64,000 nucleotides of DNA from Cytophagales bacterium (GTDB taxonomy: Bacteria > Bacteroidota > Bacteroidia > Cytophagales > Cyclobacteriaceae), in assembly GCA_020403045.1 (NCBI GenBank), contig JADBYK010000025.1:71136-135135 (forward strand), read 5' to 3'. The stretch's first letter is position 1. The number at the start of each line of letters is the position of its first letter. Position numbers and translations under genes: made by a program. Below the pieces are notes generated by a model, which worked only from the letters and a program-made list of their open reading frames with translations, ran no database searches and was not told the origin of the DNA. Below, piece by piece: positions 10,501 to 19,867 of this stretch.

Positions 10501-10961
10501 CGCTCAAAATTTTTAAAGCCCCCGCGAGTGGGGCGGTGGCGGCCATAGATGGTGCCGGAGTTTTGTCTCTTAATTATACTGGAATTCAGTTTGCCGGTGA
10601 CGATATAATCACCATTGAAGTTTGCGATCAAGCTAACAACTGTAGCCGTCAAGATTTTATTATTAAAGTAGTCGGTGATATCATCGTTTACAATGCCATT
10701 TCTCCGAACGGTAATGACATGAATGAAGTATTGTTTTTAGAATATGTAACCATTTTGGAAGAGGCGAGAACAAACACAGTTAGGATATTCAATCGCTGGG
10801 GTGAAGAAGTTTACTCCGCCCAAAACTATAACAACAACACCATCGCATTCAAAGGCCTTAGCACAAATGGCGATGTATTACCGACTGGCACTTACTTCTA
10901 TCGAATAGATTTTGCAAGTGGAGTTCCCGTCAAGACCGGTTATTTTTCACTACGTAGATGA
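7542..10961 (+). CDS. Large T9SS type-B cargo: 5 AEYFFDTDPG repeats, Ig-like/SprB-like repeats, gliding motility-associated CTD
   Basis: Five 76-77 aa repeats, six CxGxxxTLxGPxGFxYxWSxGxTTQ repeats, and C-terminal YNAISPNG...IFNRWG...GTYFY. Followed by a PorP/SprF gene. Confidence 0.9.
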   Translation: MLSSTSRFVCKLCPKSSIDRGLWTLVLFIFLSGTSIPSFSQSVVRAEYFFDTDPGAGNGTLISFTPTGGDVTFTTSISTASLSQGFHQLAIRLKESGGLWSQFEARGFYITASTTDVANITAAEYFFDTDPGQGSGTPISVTAGATTNFTVSIPTASLGAGFHFLAIRTKGADGKWGIFEGRGFYITASTSDVPNLVAAEYFFDADPGNGNGTPISITAGATSNFSVSLPATGLQPGFHFLAIRTKGANGKWGIFESRGFYVTGSTTDAQNITKAEYFFDTDPGNGNGISIPITPGATTNFTATIPITGLSTGFHFLAVRTKGADGKWGIFESRGFYVSPINATVGDIVAAEYYIDTDPGEDNGTALTVTPTGPTINQIFPISITGVTSGAHKLGLRVKDANGIWSTVETTNFSVLACTPPSAPTAPNASRCNSGTVLLNATAGATGSQVYRWYADASTSTILFTGPSFTTPSISVSTNYFVSVFDPITLCESARTSVTAGVISISPPILNVTGTVTICQGNSITLIAPAGFSTYLWSTGETTQTISVSTTGSYTATVGNGTCSSVPSAAASISVSARPAKPTITITGSLLCAGQLITLQGPNGFNYSWSNGATTQQISPTQAGSYKLTVADINGCTSVASDAVIINAPPAKPSIFVVGTTTLCQGQSTTLVGPSGFTSYLWSNGAVTQQLVANAAGSYTLRVTDAGGCTSVLSDPVVISVNPAPAKPSITITGSLLCAGQLITLKGPNGFTYAWSNGATTQQISPTQAGTYTLTVADVNGCVSIASDAIIINAPPSKPSIFVVGTTTLCQGQSTTLVGPSGFTSYLWSTGAATQQLIANAAGSYTLRVTDAGGCASVLSDPVVISVNPAPAKPIINAAGATTICVGQTVSLSGPGGFGYVWSTGATTQQISVGQTGSYSLIVRDALGCTSALSDAIVVTVNPCDPTDNTRPPVIQNKTITVQVNGSTTLSLVELITDADNDLNLTSLKIFKAPASGAVAAIDGAGVLSLNYTGIQFAGDDIITIEVCDQANNCSRQDFIIKVVGDIIVYNAISPNGNDMNEVLFLEYVTILEEARTNTVRIFNRWGEEVYSAQNYNNNTIAFKGLSTNGDVLPTGTYFYRIDFASGVPVKTGYFSLRR
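7665..8800 (+). repeat. Five intragenic repeats with 228-231 nt period
   Basis: The GAA codon of EY(F/Y)(F/I)D(T/A)DPG falls at 7680, 7911, 8139, 8367 and 8595. Confidence 0.92.
9280..10155 (+). repeat. Recent 438-nt tandem duplication of a two-domain unit
   Basis: attacaataa.ggaagtttgttatgtgcgggg starts at 9291 and 9729. The copies are highly similar in nucleotide sequence. Confidence 0.9.
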
Positions 10962-11869
10962 GCAACGCCATGAGAAAGATAGTGTTCACTTTAAGTTTTG
11001 CCTCGATGTTGCTTGCTAGTTACGCCCAACAAGACCCCCTCTATTCCCAGTACCTCAACAACCCCATATTGGTAAATCCTGCCTACACGGGCATCAACAA
11101 CAAATTGAATGTAGTGGCGGGGTATCGAATGCAGTGGGCCGGCTTCGATGGAAGTCCCACTACACTTAATTTCAGTTCGCACTCTTCATTCTTTCAAAAC
11201 AAAGTAGGTGCCGGTATTATCGTTGTCCAAGACAAAATTGGGGAAACAAAAATTACACAATACAATGCTACCTATTCCTACAAGATTGAATTGAAAAAAG
11301 GAAGAACATTTTCTTTCGGCTTGCAAACCGGATTGACTAATTACCGCAACGACAACGAGCAACTTAATCCCAAACAGGCTGGCGACCCAGCCTTCGCTTT
11401 TATCAATGACTTGAAATTTAATGTTGGAGCTGGCATCATGTTAAAAAGTGAACGTTTTTTAATAGGGCTGTCCGCTCCACGATTAACAAAGGCCAGTGTA
11501 GACATGGGTGGACAAAGTATCGAAATCTACAACCAGCATTATTATTTGTTGGGTGCTTATGTCGTTTACCTCACTGATAGAATTCGGCTAAAACCTTCCG
11601 TTCTTTTGAAAGCGACCAAAGGAGCCTTATCAAGTGATTTGAACTTCAATTTGAATTTAGAAGAGAATTACACAGTTGGGATATTCACACGCAACTTTGA
11701 TACGTACGGGTTATTGGTTCAAATGAACATTAAGGACTACCGCATAGGCTATGTTTTCGAAATGCCCTCCAACAATTCCGTTGGCACCCGTTTTACATCT
11801 CATGAGTTTAGTCTGGCTCTTTCGTTGGCCGTTTTTAATTTTCATGATCGAACAAAAAGTAATTTCTAG
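10958..11869 (+). CDS. PorP/SprF family type IX secretion system membrane protein
   Basis: AQQDPLYSQYLNNP..VNPAYTG, YRMQWAGFDGSPTT and a C-terminal SHEFSL motif. ATGA overlap with the cargo gene. Confidence 0.93.
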   Translation: MSNAMRKIVFTLSFASMLLASYAQQDPLYSQYLNNPILVNPAYTGINNKLNVVAGYRMQWAGFDGSPTTLNFSSHSSFFQNKVGAGIIVVQDKIGETKITQYNATYSYKIELKKGRTFSFGLQTGLTNYRNDNEQLNPKQAGDPAFAFINDLKFNVGAGIMLKSERFLIGLSAPRLTKASVDMGGQSIEIYNQHYYLLGAYVVYLTDRIRLKPSVLLKATKGALSSDLNFNLNLEENYTVGIFTRNFDTYGLLVQMNIKDYRIGYVFEMPSNNSVGTRFTSHEFSLALSLAVFNFHDRTKSNF

Positions 11870-11998
11870 ATTACTTTATCTGCAACTGTAACGGTGCCCT
11901 AAGTTCGAAACCGTCAGGAATTAAATTACCGAGGTTATAAGAACCCTTTCCTTTTTGTCAATTTATTGCTAAATCGTATTTCAAACGATTGTAAACCT

Positions 11999-13642
11999 AT
12001 GGAAACCAGTAGCCCTCTTGCCGAATTTTGTAAATGGGAAAAGCAAATGCCCAACAACACCTTCCTCCGCCAACCCTTCAATGGCCAATGGCGAACATGG
12101 ACCTATCAACAAGCAGGTGAAGAAGCCCGCAAACTGGCAGCTGGCATAAACTCGTTAAACCTACCGCCCAAAAGCAACATAGCGATACTCTCAAAGAATT
12201 GTGCGCATTGGATTATGGCCGACTTGGCCATCATGATGACGGGGCATATTTCTGTTCCACTTTATGCCACATTAACAGCCCCATCCATTAAACAAATTCT
12301 AGAGCATAGTGGATCAGCAGCCATTATTATAGGAAAGTTAGATGATTATTCTACACAGCAGGATGGCATTCCATCCTCAATGATTCGAATAGGAATCGAG
12401 TTATATGGAATAAATGAACAGGAGTCTTGGGAAAAAATGGTAGCTGGTCATCAACCCCTTGGGCAAGTCGCCAACTGGACAAGTGATGATCTGTTGAGTA
12501 TCATGTACACATCAGGCACAACAGGCAAACCAAAAGGCGTGATGCATACCGTGGGAAATTTTGATGGCACCAAGTTGGCCATGGACGAACTGGGCGTGCC
12601 AATGCACCCAAAAGTTTTTTCCTATTTGCCGATGAGTCATATTGCAGAGCGGGTAGCGATTGAAATGTGTGGCATCTATCGGGGTGGAGAATTTTCTTTT
12701 GCTGAGTCATTGGAAACATTTCCCAAAAATCTATTTGAAACACAGCCCAGCATTTTCTTCGCAGTGCCTCGTATTTGGGCAAAGTTCCGCGAAAAGATAT
12801 TGGAGAAAATGCCTCAAAAAAAATTGAGCCGATTGCTTTCTATCCCCATCATCAGTTCGATTGTAAAAAAGAGTATTCGGAAAAAATTGGGACTGGGCGA
12901 TACCATTTACATTTTCTCGGGTGCAGCGCCCATTACTGTCGACTTGTTAAACTGGTTTCAATCCATTGGCATTACTATTCTGCAGGGCATTGGCATGACA
13001 GAAGATTGCATTGTTTCTCATTGCAATCGCCCCGGAAAAAATAAAGTTGGATCGGTGGGTCTTCCTTATTCAGGATTAAAAATAAAAATCGCGCCAGATG
13101 GCGAACTTCGATTGAAGGGGCCAACTAACATGAAAGGATATTACAAAGAGCCTGAGCTAACAGCCGAAGCTTTTGATGAAGAAGGTTATTTGAAAACGGG
13201 TGACAAAGGTGAAATTGATGCCAACGGCTACTTAACAATCGTGGGTCGGGTGAAAGATCAGTTCAAGACAGATAAAGGAAAGTATGTATCACCCTCTCCG
13301 ATCGAGATGAAGTTATTGACTAACCCAGACATTGAACAAGTCTGTGTAGTGGGTATGGGTATACCGCAACCATTGGCTTTGACTGTTTTATCGGCAGCCG
13401 GAAAAGCAAAGTCAAAGCAAGATCTAACACAAAGTTTAGCAGCTTCATTGGTAGACGTAAATGCTGGGCTAGAATCTTATGAGAAACTAGAGAAAGCCGT
13501 AGTGATGCAAGGTGAATGGACCATTCCCAATGGATTGATGACGCCAACGATGAAAGTGAAACGAAACGAAGTAGAAAAAATACACGTGCCAAAATACCCC
13601 ACTTGGTATCATGCTAAAGAGGGGACGGTGATTTGGGAGTAG
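11999..13642 (+). CDS. AMP-binding long-chain fatty acid-CoA ligase
   Basis: Adenylation motifs YTSGTTGKPKG, GIGMTE and YLKTGDKG. ATG 11999 preferred. Confidence 0.9.
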   Translation: METSSPLAEFCKWEKQMPNNTFLRQPFNGQWRTWTYQQAGEEARKLAAGINSLNLPPKSNIAILSKNCAHWIMADLAIMMTGHISVPLYATLTAPSIKQILEHSGSAAIIIGKLDDYSTQQDGIPSSMIRIGIELYGINEQESWEKMVAGHQPLGQVANWTSDDLLSIMYTSGTTGKPKGVMHTVGNFDGTKLAMDELGVPMHPKVFSYLPMSHIAERVAIEMCGIYRGGEFSFAESLETFPKNLFETQPSIFFAVPRIWAKFREKILEKMPQKKLSRLLSIPIISSIVKKSIRKKLGLGDTIYIFSGAAPITVDLLNWFQSIGITILQGIGMTEDCIVSHCNRPGKNKVGSVGLPYSGLKIKIAPDGELRLKGPTNMKGYYKEPELTAEAFDEEGYLKTGDKGEIDANGYLTIVGRVKDQFKTDKGKYVSPSPIEMKLLTNPDIEQVCVVGMGIPQPLALTVLSAAGKAKSKQDLTQSLAASLVDVNAGLESYEKLEKAVVMQGEWTIPNGLMTPTMKVKRNEVEKIHVPKYPTWYHAKEGTVIWE

Positions 13643-13646
13643 GATC

Positions 13647-13731
13647 TGATTCGTTGATTAAACAATTCGATGATTCGTTGATTTGAAAGTGGGACCTTCT
13701 ACAAAATCAAATCAACGAATCAACGAATCAG
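13647..13731. repeat. Palindromic intergenic element (GATTCGTT / AACGAATC units) between convergent genes
   Basis: tgattcgttgatt occurs twice, followed by aatcaacgaatcaacgaatca in inverted orientation. Confidence 0.6.
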
Positions 13732-13735
13732 CAAG

Positions 13736-14578
13736 TCATTTCAATCTTGCCTTAAAAAATGCCAGCGTATTTTTATACGCGTCTGTCGCCATTTCTTTGT
13801 TGTGCTTGGGATTGCTTGGATTCGCAAAGGCGTGATCAGCTTCATAGGATTTCACCGTCAAATTTTTACCGGCTGCTTTCATGTTGGCTTCAAATTTTTC
13901 AGTCAATTCTTTGTTAATCCACTTGTCTTGAGTAGGCCAAATGTCCAATACATCACAATTCAAGGTTTTCAGACGATCAATATTGTCTTCAGGTTGACCG
14001 TAGTAGATAACACATGCTGCCGCTTGTGTTCCTGCGATCAAACTCGCTTGCATAGATTGACCTCCACCGAAGCACCAACCAATCGTTCCCACTTTTGCAG
14101 CAGGTCCGGCAAGTGCTAATGCACCCTTGACGATTTCGGCACCACGTTCTTTTTTAAACTCTTGCATGTACTTGCCGGCTGACTGTGGGTCTGTCGCCAA
14201 TTTACCATCGTACATATCTAGTGCAATGACGTTCACATTGCCTAAGTCATTGAACAAGTTATCAGCTTCACGCTTAATGTGATCATTTAAACCCCACCAT
14301 TCTTGAAATACAAAAACCCAATTATTCGTCTTTGATTTTGCATCGATCAAATAGGCATTTGCCTCTACGCCATCAGCACATTTTATCTTAATCATCTTTC
14401 CTCCTGCCTGGCTTTCGTGCAAATAGGGCAGCGGACTGGGATGATCGCGATTGAATTTTTTGTTGGAGGCAAACACGGCAAACTTATCAGTGGCGGATGT
14501 GTGACACACGGTTACGTCTTTCTGCGCGAAAGCAGAAGCTGAAGCGATCAGAGAGGCAAAGAAAAATAGTTTTCTCAT
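13736..14578 (-). CDS. Dienelactone hydrolase family protein (secreted)
   Basis: QEWWGLN, nucleophile elbow GWCFGG and HAFANP. Signal peptide. Confidence 0.92.
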   Translation of the reverse strand: MRKLFFFASLIASASAFAQKDVTVCHTSATDKFAVFASNKKFNRDHPSPLPYLHESQAGGKMIKIKCADGVEANAYLIDAKSKTNNWVFVFQEWWGLNDHIKREADNLFNDLGNVNVIALDMYDGKLATDPQSAGKYMQEFKKERGAEIVKGALALAGPAAKVGTIGWCFGGGQSMQASLIAGTQAAACVIYYGQPEDNIDRLKTLNCDVLDIWPTQDKWINKELTEKFEANMKAAGKNLTVKSYEADHAFANPSNPKHNKEMATDAYKNTLAFFKARLK

Positions 14579-14636
14579 GGTTTTATGTTTTGTTTAAGTG
14601 TAGCAGCAACAATCTTATCTTTTAAATAGTTTTTGG

Positions 14637-15107
14637 TCACTCTTTCCATTGACCCCGCACCACCCGATCATAGGTGATTAAGTCGGTGTTGATGGGCTCG
14701 AATCCCTGTTGCCGAAGTAACAAGGCTACCTGTGCCCGATGATAAGAGCAATGATTGACAAGGTGCATCATAATAATTTCTACGTTATTAGTGTAGGAAT
14801 CTCCGGTATAGTTCGTGTAAGTCAACTCCCGGTCAAAGGTTTCATTGCCTTCGACAAAATCAAGCCATTGTTGGTTGGCATCCATCGCCATCTTTTCTAA
14901 CGTATCAACCGAATACTCTCCCCATAATTTTACGTTGGGGGGCGTAAGTCCTTTGATCCGATGCAACCACAGAAATTGAGCCGCTAGCACATGTCCAAAA
15001 ATGGATAGAATTTTTTCATCCTTTACATCTTCACGCTTCAGTCTGGTTACTACTTGTTCATTGGCCCAAGCGTTGAATTGATACAGTTTTAAAAAATATT
15101 TTTTCAT
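14637..15107 (-). CDS. DinB family protein
   Basis: FNAWAN, H...AQ..W and MHLVNHCSYHRAQ. ATG 15107. Confidence 0.88.
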   Translation of the reverse strand: MKKYFLKLYQFNAWANEQVVTRLKREDVKDEKILSIFGHVLAAQFLWLHRIKGLTPPNVKLWGEYSVDTLEKMAMDANQQWLDFVEGNETFDRELTYTNYTGDSYTNNVEIIMMHLVNHCSYHRAQVALLLRQQGFEPINTDLITYDRVVRGQWKE

Positions 15108-15124
15108 GGTTGGTTTAAAAACAG

Positions 15125-15154
15125 AAAGGGAAAGCAAGTTACTTGCTTTCCTTT
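15125..15154 (-). terminator. Intrinsic terminator
   Basis: GGAAAGCAAG-TAA-CTTGCTTTCC hairpin followed by a T-rich run on the minus strand. Confidence 0.7.
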
Positions 15155-15184
15155 AAATAAATAATTCGATGACCGAAACCTCTT

Positions 15185-15949
15185 TTATTTTCTATTCTTC
15201 TGTCCCCAACGCTCGTCCATTCTGTTTAATCTTTTTAAATCCCAAATTTCAAATCGAAGCCTAAAATTCCACTCGAAGCCACTCATTTTAATGGGTGCCC
15301 TATCGCTTTGATAAAATGGGGGATAGTTGCCGGAAAAAAAATTCGAAGTTGAAAGGCGATAGCCCCCAGAAACTCCAACATAAAAATCATAGACCCAAAC
15401 GCGAAACTTTCTTTCAATGCCCATACCCGTATTGATATAAACATAGATTGATGACCAAGTCTTGGTTGTTGGGCCAGAGAAATTAGCAACACTTGTCGCA
15501 AAAGATTGCCTGGTAATATTATCGTATAAAGTGAACTCCCCATACCCCAAACCTTCGCCCAGGTAAGGATAGATCAACCATTTGGGGTGCTTGATCAAAT
15601 CATAGTTAGCCCTCACATGTACTTCCCAATTCTTTAGCGCACCATCTTTTGTGGCTGCTAAGTCAGTTTGGCCTGACCGCGTTGAAGTGAGGTACGAGAG
15701 CCCGACATTTATATAAGACTTTCGAGTTGAACGCCTAAGTGAATAGCCAATCGATACTCCGGCATAACTATCCCGAAGTTGGGGGTAACCGAGCGGCACG
15801 ATGACGTCATTGATCTTCGCCAAATCGCCATAGACCGTATTGGCTTGAGAATAAAATCCAATGATATGTTTCCGCTTGGTCGAATCACTCTGAGCCAGGC
15901 CGATTTGCCAGCCGATCAGAAGGAAGAAAAGGAAAATCTTCGAACGCAT
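15185..15949 (-). CDS. Hypothetical outer-membrane beta-barrel protein
   Basis: Signal peptide (MRSKIFLFF...LAQ) and alternating aromatic beta-strands. ATG 15949. Confidence 0.6.
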   Translation of the reverse strand: MRSKIFLFFLLIGWQIGLAQSDSTKRKHIIGFYSQANTVYGDLAKINDVIVPLGYPQLRDSYAGVSIGYSLRRSTRKSYINVGLSYLTSTRSGQTDLAATKDGALKNWEVHVRANYDLIKHPKWLIYPYLGEGLGYGEFTLYDNITRQSFATSVANFSGPTTKTWSSIYVYINTGMGIERKFRVWVYDFYVGVSGGYRLSTSNFFSGNYPPFYQSDRAPIKMSGFEWNFRLRFEIWDLKRLNRMDERWGQKNRK

Positions 15950-15987
15950 TATTAAAGATAAATAAAAAACCCTTTTGTGGAACAGAA

Positions 15988-17181
15988 TTACCTTTTCAAA
16001 GACTGAACCTTGAAGTAGGTCAAGCTCCTCCACAGCCATTCGACAGGGCCATATTGAAATCGAGCCAGCCACCATTTACTGAATATGATTTGAAGAACGA
16101 AAAAAATGAGGGCGATCATCGCCCAAGCACTTGCTCCGAAATCTCCAAGCCAGCCAAGACCATACGAAAACAAAAGCAAAGTGCCTATTAGCGCTTGCAA
16201 CAAATAGGTAGTAAGCCCCATCCGCCCTACTTCATAAAAAATCATCAATCGCTGGCACCACTTTTCTTTTTGAAAAGCCGAAACAATCAACCCTACATAA
16301 ATAGCGGCCAGCGCAGCATTGAAAACATCAAACACGGCACCTCCTACCAAAAATTGAAGCGGCTGCGTCATCTTTATCTTGGCCACAAAAATTACCAAGG
16401 CCAACAATCCTGAAAAAACTACACAACCTAGCAGCGCCCAAAGCCCATAGCGGATTAACTTTTTGAAAAAAGGAATATTTTCAAACACTTCCTTTCGCCC
16501 GGCATAGAGACCCAACAGAAACAAACCCATTGTAATATATAGCCTGCCCGAAAGAATTTGAAAATCAAACTTCGACTTGAACTCATAAAAATTTGCCCGA
16601 AGGATATTTGGATAGCTTCCGGATTTTAGCGTGTTGTAATAAATTTCCAATGCCTTCTCATCGCCACTCATAAAAGGATTAGCCGTGTCTGACGCTGATA
16701 ACACATCAATAATCCGTTGGATGATAGCCGGAGCATCAAAAACCAACAACAGTGCCAGTGTCAATAAAAATTTGTCGGGCAATTTATAGCATAAAAGCAA
16801 CCCCACGCCCAGCACAGCGTAGATGGTGAGTATATCGCCCCGGTAGTGAAGGTGGTGGATAAAACCGATTGCAAACAGCACCAGCAATCGCCAGGCAAAG
16901 CGAAATAGAAAGGCAGGAGAGCCATCGCTTTTATGTAGTTGAATAAAAAAGCTCATTCCAAAGAGGAAAGAAAAAATCATGAAGAACTTGCCGGAAATGA
17001 AAATGCCAATGAACCCCTGCACGATCATATCGGCCAGGTTGTGCGCGCCATAATTTTCATGAATTTTAGGCGGCTGCCCGGCATAATACTGTTCGGTGAA
17101 GTGAACTAAGATGATGCCCAGCAGAGTAAACCCCCTGAGCACATCGATGACTTGGATTCTTTCTTGATTGGTGGTGCGCAT
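15988..17181 (-). CDS. DUF418 (YeiB-like) membrane protein
   Basis: RIQVIDVLRGFTLLGI, GKFFMIFSFLFG, GRMGLTTY and GPVEWLWRSLTY. Confidence 0.9.
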   Translation of the reverse strand: MRTTNQERIQVIDVLRGFTLLGIILVHFTEQYYAGQPPKIHENYGAHNLADMIVQGFIGIFISGKFFMIFSFLFGMSFFIQLHKSDGSPAFLFRFAWRLLVLFAIGFIHHLHYRGDILTIYAVLGVGLLLCYKLPDKFLLTLALLLVFDAPAIIQRIIDVLSASDTANPFMSGDEKALEIYYNTLKSGSYPNILRANFYEFKSKFDFQILSGRLYITMGLFLLGLYAGRKEVFENIPFFKKLIRYGLWALLGCVVFSGLLALVIFVAKIKMTQPLQFLVGGAVFDVFNAALAAIYVGLIVSAFQKEKWCQRLMIFYEVGRMGLTTYLLQALIGTLLLFSYGLGWLGDFGASAWAMIALIFFVLQIIFSKWWLARFQYGPVEWLWRSLTYFKVQSLKR

Positions 17182-17207
17182 CGAGGGAGTGGTGGGCGTT
17201 ACTAGCG

Positions 17208-18158
17208 CTATTTCGACACCCGCTCCAGTCCCTCCTTCGCTTCTTTCAAACTTCCATCTAGTTTTAATGCTGTTTCAAACAATTTTTTAGCCTCGGCTTT
17301 GTTACCTCTTTTCTCTTTGATTTGAGCCAAGCGCATCGAAGCACCAGCATGTGAGGGTTCGTTTTGCTTGGGCGAATAGGACAAATATTTTTTCAAACAC
17401 TCCTCGCCACGATCTAATCGTTGTCCACTAACAGCTGCTGTTCTCCCTATTTGATATATCGAAACATAGTCTTCCGGTGTTTTCTTCAGAGCTTCTTCAA
17501 ACAAAGCAAATGCCTTATCGTATTGCTTTTGATTCGTGTAGAAATTGGCAAGCCCATTTGCATAAGTGGGGTCTGCTTTCGCCATTTCCAAAAACTCTTT
17601 TTCGGCTTCGTTCGGCTTCTTCTCAGATAGCAAAATATTCCCCATCTGCCGATGCCCCTCCGCTGGGTTAAGTTTTAAAATTTGCTTGGCAACCTCTTTA
17701 GCCTTTTCTACACTTCCGCCCATAAAGCCCGGTGCTTGCAGATAGTATTGTATGAGCGAAGTGCGCGCATCGATGTTTTTGGTATCTAGTTCAACCGCTT
17801 TTTCCCAAGCTCGTTTCATTTTGGGAGCCAGGATGCCCTGCTTGATCATATTCGCATCGCGTGCAATAGTGCCATAGGTGTTGCCCAGCCAATTGTGGTA
17901 ATCCGCGACTTTATCGTTTACTACTACTGCCTCTTCAAAATAGTCTTGGGCATCATCAAATTCCTTTTGATTGAAGGCGATCCGCCCCAGATAATAACGT
18001 GACCCGGCATAGTCAGGGCTCTTCTTTGGCACACCTTCCAGGATTTTCACAGCCTCGTCATATTTTTTGGCTTCAAAAAGTGCAGTTGCTTTGTCGATAG
18101 CCGACTGGCCATAGAGGGAAACAGGAATAAATAATAAAACACAGATCAATGATTTCAT
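17208..18158 (-). CDS. Secreted tetratricopeptide repeat protein
   Basis: Signal peptide, multiple TPR helices and a YLQAPGFMGGS motif. Confidence 0.85.
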   Translation of the reverse strand: MKSLICVLLFIPVSLYGQSAIDKATALFEAKKYDEAVKILEGVPKKSPDYAGSRYYLGRIAFNQKEFDDAQDYFEEAVVVNDKVADYHNWLGNTYGTIARDANMIKQGILAPKMKRAWEKAVELDTKNIDARTSLIQYYLQAPGFMGGSVEKAKEVAKQILKLNPAEGHRQMGNILLSEKKPNEAEKEFLEMAKADPTYANGLANFYTNQKQYDKAFALFEEALKKTPEDYVSIYQIGRTAAVSGQRLDRGEECLKKYLSYSPKQNEPSHAGASMRLAQIKEKRGNKAEAKKLFETALKLDGSLKEAKEGLERVSK

Positions 18159-18322
18159 AAAGGGAGTAGTTTGTCTAACTCTTCATTTAAGACTGAAAAT
18201 ATAGCGATAAGGTTGCGCTTGTCCACCGGATGTTTACCAAATTGTTAAAAATAGGAGAACGATGGGTGAGAACTAGGCATTATTTGTTTGCAATACCTAC
18301 CTTCATACAAATAGTTCATCCT

Positions 18323-19846
18323 ATGCGCATTTTTACAGTTCTACTTTTGGTACTGAGCCTTGCGGCTTGCCAAACAAAAAAAGAAGCTACGATCAAATGG
18401 AAGGAGGCGGTAGCCGCCCATTTCGACATCGGCCTAAAGCCGTTCTACCACGGAGTAGCCTCTGGAGACCCATTGCCCGACCGCGTAATCATCTGGACAC
18501 GCGTCACCCCTGAAGATTCAGTTGAATGGATCACCGTAAAGTGGGAGTTAGCCGAGGACGCTTCTTTTTCTTCTGTCTATAAATCCGATTCGATCAGCAC
18601 TTCTCCAGCACATGATTATACCGTGAAAATAGATGTAGATGGCCTAAAACCCGGTCAGGTTTATTTCTATCGGTTCATGGCATTAGGGAAGACGTCCATC
18701 GTTGGTCGCACCAAAACAACACCAATTAATGCAATGGACAGTTTGAAATTTGCGGTGGTTAGTTGTGCCAATTGGGAGTGGGGGTTTTTTAATCCCTACG
18801 ACAAAATTGCCGATCGCCCGGTCTTAGATGCAGTACTTCATCTTGGCGACTATATTTATGAATACGGGAAAGGAAGATATGGAGATACCACTATTGGGCG
18901 GATTAATATTCCTCCGCATGAGATTGTTTCATTGAAAGATTATCGTACTCGTTATTCCCTTTACAGATTGGATAAAGGACTGAGACGAGTACATCAGCAG
19001 CATCCTTTTATTTCTATTTGGGACGACCACGAAGTGGCCAATAATTCGACCGTAACGGGCGCACAAAATCATCAGCCAGAAGAAGGTGACTACCAGGCAA
19101 GAAAAGCAGCTGCACGCCAAACGTACTATGAGTGGATGCCCATTCGGGAAAGCAAAGAACTCTATCGTTCCTTTTCGTTTGGAACATTGGCTGATGTGAT
19201 CATGCTGGACGAGCGGCTGGCCGGGCGTGACCCAGAGATTACAGACATCAACAATCCCGATCTAAAAAAAGAAGAACGAACAATGCTTGGTGCAAAACAA
19301 CTTGCGTGGTTTGAAAATCAATTGAATTCATCGAAGGCTACTTGGAAAGTAATTGGAAACCAAGTGATATTTTCGGACGTGTATTTGGAAGCGGTTTATC
19401 CAAAGATGCCGCGCAACCTTGATTCTTGGGACGGCTTTCCTGTGCAAAAGAAAAAAATCATCGACTTTATTGCACAGAACAAAGTGCAGGATATCATTAT
19501 TACATCCGGGGATACTCACGCATCATGGGCGATAGAAGCTGCGATTGATGTAAAAACATCATATAAACCTTTTGCCGTAGAGTTTGGAACTACCAGCGTA
19601 TCGTCTGCTAATGGCGATGAGCGGAAGAGCGCAGATACGGTGAAGATGGCGGAGCAAGCGTTAATGAAACAAAACCCACATGTCAAGTATGTCAACGATC
19701 GCGATCATGGCTATTTGCTTTTGACACTTTATCCTACTAAAACAAAAGCGGAGTGGTTCTACGTAGAAAGTTTAAGTACGCCTGATACGAGAGAGTTTCT
19801 GGCTAAAAAATACCACGTTGAAAAGGGGAGCACTACATTGAAATAG
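18323..19846 (+). CDS. phoD: Alkaline phosphatase D family lipoprotein
   Basis: FYHGVASGDP, HLGDYIYE, WDDHEVAN, DSWDG and SGDTH. Lipobox LAAC. ATG 18323. Confidence 0.93.
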   Translation: MRIFTVLLLVLSLAACQTKKEATIKWKEAVAAHFDIGLKPFYHGVASGDPLPDRVIIWTRVTPEDSVEWITVKWELAEDASFSSVYKSDSISTSPAHDYTVKIDVDGLKPGQVYFYRFMALGKTSIVGRTKTTPINAMDSLKFAVVSCANWEWGFFNPYDKIADRPVLDAVLHLGDYIYEYGKGRYGDTTIGRINIPPHEIVSLKDYRTRYSLYRLDKGLRRVHQQHPFISIWDDHEVANNSTVTGAQNHQPEEGDYQARKAAARQTYYEWMPIRESKELYRSFSFGTLADVIMLDERLAGRDPEITDINNPDLKKEERTMLGAKQLAWFENQLNSSKATWKVIGNQVIFSDVYLEAVYPKMPRNLDSWDGFPVQKKKIIDFIAQNKVQDIIITSGDTHASWAIEAAIDVKTSYKPFAVEFGTTSVSSANGDERKSADTVKMAEQALMKQNPHVKYVNDRDHGYLLLTLYPTKTKAEWFYVESLSTPDTREFLAKKYHVEKGSTTLK

Positions 19847-19867
19847 GAATTTATTCCAATCAAAACA

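Noticed and set aside
11878-11930. GCAACTGTAA...GTCAGGA resembling part of a cobalamin riboswitch
   Set aside because: The upstream GGGAA/GGTG core is absent (that region is PorP coding sequence), and the downstream gene is a fatty acid-CoA ligase.
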